DNA of 64,000 bases. Source: Isurus oxyrinchus. Lineage: Eukaryota. A program made the position numbers and the translations under genes. Below are positions 40,714 through 52,199 of this stretch, piece by piece. Under the pieces are notes generated by a model that saw only the letters and a list, made by a program, of their open reading frames with translations, was not told where the DNA came from and did no database searches. Position 1 is the first letter of the stretch. The number at the start of each line of letters is the position of its first letter. The stretch is from contig JANJGN010000088.1 of assembly GCA_026770705.1 (NCBI GenBank), forward strand, positions 1,054,001 through 1,118,000. Direction: 5' to 3'.

Positions 40714-41016
40714 CTTTTACACTCTTTACCCGTTTTGAAATGGGTGAGGATGAGGAACCACTTTGAGCAGAGCACACGAACTCCACCCCGCTGTCCCATT
40801 CCTCTGCAGTGGTTCGGAGTCGGCTGGTGACGATGTATTGGGTCCCTTCCTCTCTCTGTCGCTGGGTTGAAACCCCTTTACTTCGCTCCTGCCCGTTCAT
40901 GTTCCAGGTGATGTGGACCTGGCTCGGATTGGAACAGACCACTGTACACACCAGGGTAGCTGTCTTGTTGATCCAAACCTCTTCCATAAGTGGACTTTGG
41001 ATAAAGACAGATATTT
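40714..41016 (-). CDS. IgW: IgW CH3 exon
   Basis: Acceptor TTCCCAG|AA, phase-1 donor AAAG|GTGGGT. Motifs ATLVC, ITW, EFVC. Confidence 0.92.
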
Positions 41017-43638
41017 CTGGGAAGGGGAAATTATACAAATCAGAAGAACGGGCATTATTTAGTATCAGCCACTTGTGGCCTTCAATCGGAACCCAGTTTA
41101 ATGTGTTTCACCTGGAGCTGCTAATCGATCATGCGACACTGCACCTAAATATTTTAACAAGTTGAACATTAGAAAATCCCAGGGTTGTTTAAAAAATGTC
41201 TTGCAATTCTCAGTTTGCAAGTTTTGACTGAGAAAACATCGTAGGACAACCAAGAACCCACTGGATCCCTTTTGAATCTATCTGCCCTTACCGTGACCAA
41301 GAGATCCACAGTGAGGACTGCAGTTGAGTTGTGGGGTGAGTGGCTTTTAGATGCGACAATGTTACTAACAATGCAATCTCTGGTTTGTGAAATGGAGTGA
41401 AACAGAGATACCAACTGCTTAGCAAAAGGAACAATTCAGCAAATGCTTTTTCACTGCGTGGGGCTGTGGAATGATTTTTGACATTGAGCACACTGAATGA
41501 ACGAAGGGCCCATTTCTTTTAGCTGCGGCTCAGTTGGTAGCACGCTCACCTCCAAATCAGAACGTTGTGGATTCATGTCCCACAAAACTCAAAGTTGATG
41601 CCCCAGTGCAATACTGAGGGAGTGCTGCACTGTCGGAGCACTGCCTTTTGGATGAGAATTGAAAATGAGGCGCCACATGCCGCCTTAGGTGGGCGTAAAA
41701 GAAGGACATCAGGGAAGCTTGTTCCAGTACCCTGATCAGTATATATCCCTCACTCAACATCACAAAAACAGGATCCCTGGTATTTGTCACATTACTCTTT
41801 GTGGGAACTTGCTGTGTGTAAATTGGCTGCTGTGTTTCCAACTTTGCAACAGTGGCTGCACTTCAAAAGTACTTCTTTCACTGTGAGGCATTTTGGCATG
41901 CCCTGTGGTCACGAAAGATGACATGTAAATGTGAGCCTTTCTTTACTTTTCTTCCTCTCATTGGAGCCGGCCCGAATCACATCAGTTTTAAAATTCTTAT
42001 CCTAATGTTCACGGCTTCACCTCTCCCTATCTCTGTAACCTTCTCCAGCCCTACAGCCGCCCAGAAACTCTGCACAACTCTAGACACTTGTACATCCTTA
42101 TCTTCCTTTCCCCCGGCATTGGTGTCTGTGTCTTCAGCCGTCTAGGCCCTAATGCCTGGAATTCACTGCCTAAACCTCAGCCACCTGCCACCTCTCTCCT
42201 CATTTGAGATGCTGCTTAAAACCTCTCTATTTTGCCAAGATGTTGGCCACAAGATCTCCTCCTGGAGGCTCAGCATCAGTTTTGCTTTGGCTTTGGTCCT
42301 GTGAAGCACCTTGGGATGTTTTACTACATTAAAGTCTCTATATCGATTCAAGTTATCATTGGTGATCATTCCCTGTCAAAGAAGGTTAGTTTGCATTGGG
42401 AGAGCAACTCCCGTGAATCAGGGGAGTAACAGAAGTCCCCTCTTCCTGCAGCTTGGGGATCATTTCTGCATAACACGGACTTCCCCTCATTTCATTCCGG
42501 AGTTTACTGGCCTGGGAAGGGAATGATTGATTGAATTCTTCACATTTTCTCCTTTGTGCTCAACTCCCACGGATCACAATCTCTTCAGATATCCCGCAGC
42601 TCACTGCGTGTTCTGTATACTGTTAACACAGACACACACGCATATACACACAGACACACACATGCACACACACATTCACTGCGTGAATCACAACTGCTTT
42701 GATCCACACTAATTGTTCTCTCACGATGTAATGTTAACACTTACAGAGTGACTGGATTACTCTATCTGTGTCCATATCAAAACCTGTCATGAACACCACA
42801 CATTGACTCTTCCGGCTGCAGTTTTAGCTGATGTTGAGTGTCTGTCTAATAGGACTGTGTCTTTTATTAGGTTATTTATTCTGTTTCTCTCTCTTGCCTT
42901 TTAAACAAAACCTTGATCAATTTCCTTCCAGATTGGGATTGCTCAATATATTAATGATTACGTCTAGGTGTTTTTCACGTTGATCTTCCAAGATAAAACC
43001 TCATAGGGTCGGGAACAGTCCCCTTATCCCTGTAAAATAATAACATTATTGGGCAAGAGGTGTTTAATTCCATTTACCCTTTGTGTGGAATTTGACAAAA
43101 CACTTCCCCAACTTGGATTCCTGTGAACATTGAGCTCCTGTCATTGACTAAGATGAGGATCCAGACTGGGAGAGTGATGGGAACTGTTTCTATTTCTGCA
43201 ACCCAGAATTTCATCTAAAACAGACCAGGCCATTCAGGGCACCAGTTAAATCCTTGTGTGCTGAATCACCAACTTGCCTCAGGATCATTGAAGGGGGCCA
43301 ATCCGGCCATTTCACTGGATCAATGAGTCCCACTCCAGCACCTCCCAACCTCCCGGCCTCTCTGGGTGACAAACAGGCTTCTAATCCTTTCCAACTTGAG
43401 TCAGACTTGAGAGACAACAGTCAGTCAGTGGGGTCAGGTCCCTATTCACTCTGACCCAGCGCAGGTCACAAAAAAAATGACCATTTAGATCAGGAGTGGG
43501 TTGTCTGGGGGAACCCAAACTAGGGCTGTAACTTCTTGCAGTATTCACACTTTCGTTCTGACGGATACCCTGGGATAGATTTGAACCTGCCAGATGGTTT
43601 GTAATAAAATTCAACGGCCAATTCCATTCACAAACTCA

Positions 43639-43790
43639 TCACTTTATTTCACATTTTTGTTGGTAGCAGTCATATTGGAGCTGATCACCATTTTTGAGGG
43701 TCACATTGAGGTTAGTCTGGTAGAGAAACTTCGGCATACAGTCAGAACAAGAACAAGGAGAACATGGAACTGGACGACATGCGTTTCCAC
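43639..43790 (-). CDS. IgW: Cys-rich secretory tail exon of short (2-CH) IgW: (G)GNACRPVPCSPCSCSDCMPKFLYQTNLNVTLKNGDQLQYDCYQQKCEIK*
   Basis: Manual translation: acceptor CTCTTCCGGTTCCAG|GT, phase 1 matching the CH2 donor, 49 codons then TGA, 7 Cys and one NVT sequon. Fits the known unusual tail of short IgW/skate IgX. Confidence 0.88.
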
Positions 43791-44765
43791 CTGGAACCGG
43801 AAGAGTTGCAGATTTAAGTGTTATACATTTTCACCTCCCCTACTCTTGTGCTGGGTAAGTGGGAACTCCACACGACCTCAAAACTCTGCTCAGTCCTGTC
43901 TTTGTAGGATCCTAAAGGAACCTGATCAGGTGGACAATGAAAAGCTGGTTCACCTTGTCCAGAATAGGACGATCAGGGGAAATGACTTGTGCTTGAAAGG
44001 GGAAGGGTGGGGGATTCAATTCAAAATTAATGCAGCAATCGATTGATCAATCTCTGGAACAGGTTCAGGAGATGGTGAAGCAGATCCATGCAATTCCTTC
44101 AAATGCAAAATTGGAAAGATTTCTTTCTTAAAACAGCACTTGGGAGGGAGTAGAAAAGGAAAAGTTAGGAGGCGATTTCAACCGTGGATGGTAATAGATA
44201 GGTTGGTATCAGATGGGATGTATCAGATGGACCATTTCACAGCCTGTCCCATTTTCATTTCTAGTCACAGAGAGTCACATCGAATGAGGGTGTAAACAGG
44301 CAGCTGACCCAATTCCAGCAGTTTCACTGCTTGCTGCGTTAGGTTAAAATTACTCCCCTTAAGGGTAGCTTCAATAACAAAACACAAAATACTGAACATT
44401 CACCTTTCCCAACAGGGTTGATATTAGTGACAGCAATTCACAGATTGAGGGTGGGCGTTGGCACGTTAAGTTAATAAGTCAAAAACAGAAAATGCTGGAA
44501 AAAACTCAGCAGGTCTGACAGCATCTGTGGGTAGAGAAACTGAGTTAACATTTCGAGCCCAATATGACTGAAAAAAGGCCACACAGACTCGAAACATTAA
44601 CTCTGTTTCTCTCCCCACAGATGCTGTCAGACCTGATGAGTTTTTCCAACATTTTTGTCTTTTTTTAGTTTTCCAGCATCCGTGGTATTTTGCTTTTATC
44701 TTAAGTTAATACCAGTCTGCATTACTGATGATATATTCATTTCTCCCCCCTCAGGCACCACTTAC

Positions 44766-45074
44766 CCCCTTCGTTTCTCGTGTATCTCATGCTGATCGTC
44801 TTATTGAATCTTGAAGGTGTGTGGGACACTTCACAGGCGTACTCAACCCCTTTCTTCCATTCCGCCACAGGAACAGTCAGGTAAGTGACTCTTTCGAATG
44901 TAGTGTCTGTGCTCTGTTGGGAAGGCAGAACAACACCCGTTTTGTCCTCCTGGCCTTTCTTCCAGGAAACCTTTATGCTGTTGGGATCAAATCCGGATAT
45001 CATACAGCCCAGGACAGTGGTAGTTTGATTGTAGACAAACTCCGCGGATGGAACAAGGGTGGTGACAATCGGTG
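44766..45074 (-). CDS. IgW: IgW CH2 exon
   Basis: Acceptor CTCCAG|CA, donor GGGG|GTAAGT. Motifs LGCMISGF, VSWKK, YACEVSH. Confidence 0.93.
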
Positions 45075-45477
45075 CTGGAGAGGTAAAACATTGCAATGTT
45101 TCAGATTACACCGTTGTTTTGCCACAGGAAAGATGTACTCTATTCCCTCAGCATCTCGAGTAACTGTCACGATGCCAACTCCCATTCATCATCAATTTGA
45201 CTGGCTTCCCTCTGACCCTCCCCTGAAATATTTGCTAATCCTTTCAGTTCTAGATTCAGGCAAATGGGCTGAACCTTTCAAATTTTAGTTCCTGAGTTTC
45301 TTACTTTTCTTACACGTTCAACTTTTTCTTACTGGTACCTGACAATCTCACAGTGCCGATAACCAGTCTGAGATTGGCACAAATAGGGTAGCACTTCATA
45401 AAACTGAGACTTTGGGAATTTCAGGCAGAATTTACAATTCTCCATAATAATGGGGACAAATTTAATCTCGACTTGAC

Positions 45478-46845
45478 ATTCCCCCAGTAACCTTTGACTC
45501 CCTTGTTAGTCAAGAATCTATCTTCATCTGACCTAAAAATATTCATTGTCCCTGTTTCCACCGCTCTCTGGGTAAGAGAGTTCCAAAGATTCACGACACT
45601 ATGAGAGAAAAAGATTTCTTATCATCTCCATCTTAAATGGGAGACCCCTTATTTTTAAACTGTTCCCCCAAGATCAAGTCTCTCCCACAAGGGGAAAGGT
45701 CCTTTCAGCATCCACCGTGTCAAGTCCCCTCAGGATCTGATATGTTTCAATGAGATCACCTCTCAATTTTCTAAACTCCAATGGATACAGGCCCAGCCTG
45801 TCCAACCTATCCTCATGAGATAACGCCCCCATCCCAGGTATCAGTCGAGTGAACCTTCTTTGAACTGCTTCTAATGATTTAAACACTTTCCTAAATAAGC
45901 AAGACCAAAACTGGACACTGTACCCTTGATGTGGTCCCACCAATGTCCCATACAACTGTAGCAAAACACCCCTACTTTTCTATTCCATTCGCATTGCAAT
46001 AAGCAACAACATTCCATTTGCCTTCTGAACCATTTGCTGTGTCTATATTCTAACTTTTCCTGATTCATGTACCAGGACACTCAGATCCCTCTGCTCTTCA
46101 GAGTTGTACAGTCTCTCTCCATTTAAATAATATGCTGCTTTTCTATTCTTCCTGCCAAAGTAGACAAGTTCACATTTTCCCACGTTATACTCCATCTGCC
46201 AAATTTTTGCCACTCACTTAACCTATCTATGTCCCTTTGCAGACTCCTTATATCCTCTTCACAACTTACTTTCCTACCTTTCTCTGTGTCATCAACAAAT
46301 TTAGGAACTATACATTCGGTCCCTTCATCCAAGTCATTGATATAAATTGTAAATATTTGAGGCCTCAGCACTGATCCCTGTGACACTCTAGTCATCACAT
46401 CTGTTCAACACAAAGAAGACCCATTTGTCCCTATTCTCTGCTTCCTGTTAGCTAACCAATACTCCATCCATGCTAATATATTTCTCCCTACACCAGGAGC
46501 TCTTATTTTGCATCATAATTTTTTATGTGGCATCTTGTCAGATGCCTTCTGGAAATCTAAGCACAGCACATCCACAAGTTCCCCTTTATGGATGTTGCTT
46601 GTTACTTACTTATAGAACTCCAATAATTTAGTTAAACATGATTTCTCTTTCACAAAGCCGTGTTGATTCTGCCTCATTGCATTGAGATTTTCTAAGTGCC
46701 CCGCTATAACTATTTAATATCAGATTCCAGCAGTTTCCCTACAATAGATTTTAATCAAACTGGCCTGCAGTTTTCTGCTTTCTGTCTCCTTCCTTTCTTG
46801 AACAGAGGAATCACAGTCACTATTTTACAATCTGATGGGACCTAA
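45478..46845 (-). mobile_element. CR1 LINE RT/3' part in the CH1-CH2 intron
   Basis: VSQGSVL.PQ.FTIYINDL, KFVDDT and LQLY.TLVGPH..YSVQFWS motifs. Confidence 0.85.
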
Positions 46846-47032
46846 TGTCCTTCCTTTTGTTACCGCAGTACTGCTGGCATGCAGGGATCAAATATATGGG
46901 TCCAAGAATTCAATCAGGTTCTATTGTGCAGCAAGCTCTTACATTGGTGGCTGATGTTTTCTTGTCCAATTTCATCAACACCCACCCCAACACCAGTACA
47001 GTTTTAAATGACAAATAATATCTTGTACTAAC

Positions 47033-47347
47033 CTTTAGGTTTCGTGATCTGACGCTCCACCATTTCATTTGACTTGTAACCCGCCTTACAGTGGTAGACT
47101 GTATCGGCATTCCAATCTGATGCAGAGATTTTGAGCACGCTGCTCATCATGTAATTCTTATCATTCCCCTGGACTGCCGCATACGTCTGAATTCCAGTGG
47201 TAATGACCCGATTGTTACTGGACCATATCTGAGTGATGCTCTTAGGATGAAAGTCCTTGACCAGGCAGAAGAAGCTGATCTCATCTTGGTCCCTGTCCAT
47301 GCCACAGGAAGGGTTGGGGATGTAGACCGATGGTGCAGACTGGGCAA
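47033..47347 (-). CDS. IgW: IgW CH1 exon ([15 protein letters not shown]...YHCKAG...ITKPK)
   Basis: Acceptor ATTTCAG|TT, donor AAAG|GTTAGT. C1-set Cys/Trp/Cys, plus an N-terminal extra Cys in the position expected for the light-chain disulfide. Confidence 0.93.
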
Positions 47348-47533
47348 CTGAAATATAAATAGTTTCACACAGATAAGCCTAGTAAAGAAACACATACAAA
47401 TATACGAACTAGGAGCAGGAGTGGGCCTTTTGGCCCTTTGGGCCCTGCTCTGCCATTTGATAATGGCTGATCTGATTGCAGCCTCAATCTACTTTCCTGT
47501 CTACCCTCTTTCACCTTTGACTCCCTTGTTAAT

Positions 47534-48235
47534 CAGTGTAGAGGGAGCTTTACTCTGTATCTAACCGCGAGCTGTACCTGTCCTGGGAGTGTTTGATGGG
47601 GACAGTGTAGAGGGAGCTTTACACTGTATCTAACCGCGAGCTGTACCTGTCCTGGGTGTGTTTGATAGGGACAGTGTAGAGGGAGCTTTACTCTGTATCT
47701 AACCCCGTGCTGTACCTGTCCTGGGAGTGTTTGATGGGGACAGTGTAGAGGGAGCTTTACTCTGTATCTAACCCTGTGCTGTACCTGTCCTGGGAGTGTT
47801 TGATGGGGACAGTGTAGAGGGAGCTTTACTCTGTATCTAACCCCGTGCTGTACCTGTCCTGGGAGTGTTTGATGGGGACAGTGTAGAGGGAGCTTTACTC
47901 TGTATCTAACCCCGTGCTGTACCTGTCCTGGGAGTGTTTGATGGGGACAGTGTAGAGGGAGCTTTACTCTGTATCGAACCCTGTGCTGTATGTGTCCTGG
48001 GAGTGTTTGATGGAGACAGTGAAGAGGGAGCTTTACTCTGTATCTAACCCCGTGCTGTATCTGTCCTTCGAGTGTTTGATGGGGACAGTGTAGAGGGAGA
48101 TTTACTCTATCGAACCCCATGCTGTTCTTGTCTTGGGAGTGTTTGATGTGATGGTGTCGAGGGAGATTTACTAAAATTGTACAATCCCAAGGAGGGTGAC
48201 AGTTCAGAGGGAGTTTTATTCAGTATCTCAGTGTC
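47534..48235. repeat. 69-bp minisatellite (~8.5 good copies plus degenerate tail) about 190 bp upstream of CH1
   Basis: Unit AGTGTAGAGGGAGCTTTACTCTGTATCTAACCCCGTGCTGTACCTGTCCTGGGAGTGTTTGATGGGGAC. Confidence 0.95.
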
Positions 48236-48239
48236 ATAG

Positions 48240-51200
48240 ATGATGGGGAGGGTTTATACTAACTTGGCAGGGGGATGGGATCCTGTGAGGAGGTTCAGCA
48301 CGGAAAGATGCACAGCCAAAATTAGAAGAGAGAGCAAGTGGGTCAGGAAGGGATAGAAATTATAGGCCAGTTAAGGCACAATGGAGTTTGGCAAGGTTGG
48401 ATGGTATTTATTTTAATGCAAGGAGTCTGACGAATCAGGCAGATGAGTTGAGGACATAAATTGACACATGGAAGCATGATGTCATTGCTGTCACAGAGAC
48501 ATCATGGTTGAGGGAGGGGCAGGATTGGCAGCTCAATAATCCAGGATGTAGGGTCTTCCGGTGAGATAGGGAAGGAGGTAAAAGAGGAATGGGTATCGCA
48601 TTATTGATCAAGGAATCAATTACAGCAGTAAGGAGGGATGACATCTTAGAAGGCTCCTCTAAGGAAGCCATACGTGTAGAACCTAAAAACAAAAAAGAGG
48701 CAATCACATTGCTGGGAGTGTGCTATAGGCCCCCAAACAGTCAGAGAGAAATATGAGAGAGAGCAGATATGTAGGCAAATTTCAGAGAAGTGTAAAAGTA
48801 ATAGAGGAGTAATGGTGAGGGATTTCGACTTCCCCAACATTAACTGGGTTAGTCATAGTGTGGTAGGTTTAGAGGGAGCGGAATTCTTAAAATGCATCCA
48901 GGAGAGCTTTTTAAGCCAGTACGTAGAAGGTTCTACAAGAGAGGGGGCGGCCCTGGACTTAATTTTAGGGAATGTAGCCGGGCAAGTGGTAGAGGTATCA
49001 GTGGTGGAGATAGCGATCATAACTCCGTTAGATTCAATGTTCTTATGGAAAAGGACAAGGAGGGGCCAGAAATCATAATTCTAAATTGGGGAAGACCGAT
49101 TTTAATAAGATCAGGTATGATTTGGCCAGAGTGGACTGGGAGCAGCTACTTTTAGGCAAATCTGCTTCAGAGCAGTGGAACTTATTCAAGAAAGAAATAG
49201 GGAGAGCACAGGGCCAACATATTCCAGTAAAGATAAAGGGTGGGACCAACAAATCCAGGGAACTCTGGATGTTGAAGGATATACAGGATTGGATAAAGAG
49301 AAAAGGGGAGGCTTATGGCAGATACCGAGGGCTCAAAACACAGAAGCCCTAGAGTATAGAATGTGTAGGGGGAAACTTAAAAAGGAAATTAGGAGAGCAA
49401 AAATGAGGCATGAGAAAACATTGACAGGTTAAAATAAAGGAAAATCCAAAGTTATTTTACAAGTACATTAAGAGTAAAATGATAACTCGGAAAGAGTAGG
49501 GCCCATTGTGGTAATTTGTGTGTGGAGCCAGAAGACGTAGGTAGGATTCTAAATGAATACTTTGTGTTGGTGTTGACAAGTGAGAGGGATGACATGGGTA
49601 TGGAAAACAGGCAGAAGGACTGAGATATGATTAAAGAAATTAGCATCATTCTAAGTGGCCAGGCAGGCTTAAAAGTAGATAAATCTCCAGGCCCAGATGA
49701 AATGTATCCTAGGCTGTTGAGTGAGGCAAGGGAGGAGATAGCAGGGGTGCTGGCAATAATTTTCAATACTCCCTAGCCACAGGAGAGGTACCAGAGGACT
49801 GGAGGACAGCCAACGTGATACTGTTATTCAAGATGGGAGGCAGGCATAAACCAGGGAACTACAGGCCAGTCAGTCTAACCTCAGTGGTGGGGAAACTATT
49901 GGAAGCAATTCTGAATGACAGAATTAATCTACACTTGGAGAGGCAGCGATTATCAAGGGCAGAGAGAATGGTTTTGTTAAGGGGAGGTCATGTCTGACCA
50001 ATTTGACTGAATTTTTCAAAGAGGTGACCAGATGTATAGATGATGGCAATGCATTTGACATTGCCTACTTAGACCTCAGCAAGGCTTTTGATAAGGTCCT
50101 GCATGAGAGACTGATAACGAAGGTAAGAGCCCACGGGATCCAAGGCAATTTGGCAAATTGGATCCAGAATTGGTTGAGTGGCCAGAAGCAGAGGGTGATG
50201 GTCAAGGGGTGTTTTTGTGACTGGATGCCTGTGTCCAGTGGGGTTCCACAGGGATCGGTCTTGGGTCCCTTGCTGTTTGTGGTGTATATAAACGATTTAG
50301 ACGTGAATGTAGGAGGGTTGATCAGTAAGTTCGCAGATAACATGAAAATTGGTGGGGTGGTAAATAGTGAGGAGGATAACTTTAGATTCCAGGTGGACAT
50401 AGATGGGCTGGTCAGATGGGCCGATTAGTGGCAAATGGATTTTAATCCGGATAAGTATGAGGTGATGCACTTGGGCAGGACAAATAAGGCACGGGAAGTA
50501 TATTCATATAGCAAGCAATGTTTTAAGTGTTAGTGCCAGTATTTTGTAGTAAACTGCATATTTTTACTATGCACAGAAGGAGCTGAAATGTACAGTATTT
50601 ATAGAAAATGTCAACATTGATAGCCAATTGAAATGTTAGATCTTATTAAACGGTACCATTGAATGGTAGGACCCTGGGAAGAACCGAGGATCAGAGGGAC
50701 CTTGGTGTGCATGTCCAACGGTCCCTTCAGGTAGTGGGACAGGTAGATAAGGTGGTTAGGAAGGCATATGGGATCCTTTGCTTTATTAGCCAAGGCAGAG
50801 AATATAAGAACAGGGATGTTATGCTGCAACTATAAAAAACGCTGGTTAGGCCACAGCTAGAGTATTGCGTGCAGTTCTAGAATCCGCATTATAGGAAGGA
50901 TGTGATTGCACTCGAGAGAGAGCAGAGGACATTTACCAGGATGTTGCCTGGGCTGGAGAGTTTTAGTTATGAGGAGAGATTGGATAGACTGGGGTTATTT
51001 TCCCTGGATCAGAGGAGATTGAGGGGGGACGTGATTGAGGTATATAAAATGATGAGGGGCTTAGATAGGGTAGACAGGAAGGTGGAGGTGTCAGTAACCA
51101 GGGTCATCGATTTAAAGTAAGGGGCAGGAGGTTTAGAGGGGATGTGAGGAAGACTTTTTTCACCCAGAGGGTAGTGGGAATCTGGAACTCATTGCCTGAA

Positions 51201-51390
51201 AGGGTGGTAGAGGCAGAAATCCTCATAACATTTAAGAAGTATTTGGATGTGCACTTGCAATGCCATGGCATAGAAGGCTATGGGCCTAGTGCTGGAAAAT
51301 GGGATTAGAATGGTTAGGTACTTGTTTGACCGGCGCAGACTCAATGGGCTGAAGGGCCTTTTTCTGTGCTGTAGACCTCGCTGACTCTAA
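48240..51390 (+). mobile_element. CR1 LINE ORF2 (APE-RT), decayed, antisense in the J-C intron
   Basis: DFPNINW, PGNYRPVSLTS, YLDLSKAFDKV, SGVPQGSVLGPLLF..YINDL and KFADN motifs. Confidence 0.9.
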
Positions 51391-52199
51391 GACAACACAC
51401 AATGAGCAATTCGGCCCATCATGCCTATGATATCTCTTTGGCAGAACTAATCTCACTCTCCTGATATTTTCTGATTGTGCTGGAAAATGTTTTCCTTTTA
51501 CTATTTATCCAATTCCCTTTTGAAAGTTACAATGGAATCTGATCCTTCTGTCTCTTCAGGCAGCTGAGTTCCTTCAATTCTATCCTGAATAACTGTTGAA
51601 AAATGTCCCCACCACTGCGATCAGGCTGACTGGTCAGTAATGTGTGAAATAATCCTGCTTTTAATTTGCTCCCTTAAATCTTCAAACTACTTTCTCAAAA
51701 TATCATTCAGAATTTTAAAATCTCTTTCCCCCTGAAGAAAATAAATGAAAACTTCCTTAATGCTAACCAATTAATCTTGAGATATTTTAAATATCCACTG
51801 GAGCTAATACATTAAACTGGAATGGGTCTCATACAGTACATTACAGTGCAGCACCAACATCCTACTGCAGTCCTCCCTGCTCACACTGACCTGACCCTTT
51901 CAACATCTTTCCAGACCTGCCCAAGCTTTTCCCCGATCGATAAGTGTTAAGACTGTTCTATTGAACTTGTCGGACACAGGGAGAGAGAGAAAGAGAGAGC
52001 AATCTCTTTCTTTTCTTCCTCTTTCCTTCCCTCTTTCTTATCTTTCATCCTTCAGTTTCTTTCCTGTTTAGTTTTATGTTCTCTTCTCCTTTATCATTTA
52101 ACCTCTTTCTTTATTCTCTCTCTCTCTCTCCCCCCTTCTCTGCTGAGGGAAAAAGAAAGGAAGGGGAACCCAGTGAGTACATTCGGACAAGATGCTGAT

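Noticed and set aside
41017-43638. Possible extra C-domain exon between the short tail and CH3
   Set aside because: I found no C1-set Cys/Trp pattern in the ORF track or by eye. The region looks like 3' UTR, SINEs and a (CA)-rich tract.
43594-44046. 150-aa plus-strand ORF
   Set aside because: It is the antisense shadow of the short-tail exon and flanking decayed repeat, with no recognisable domain.
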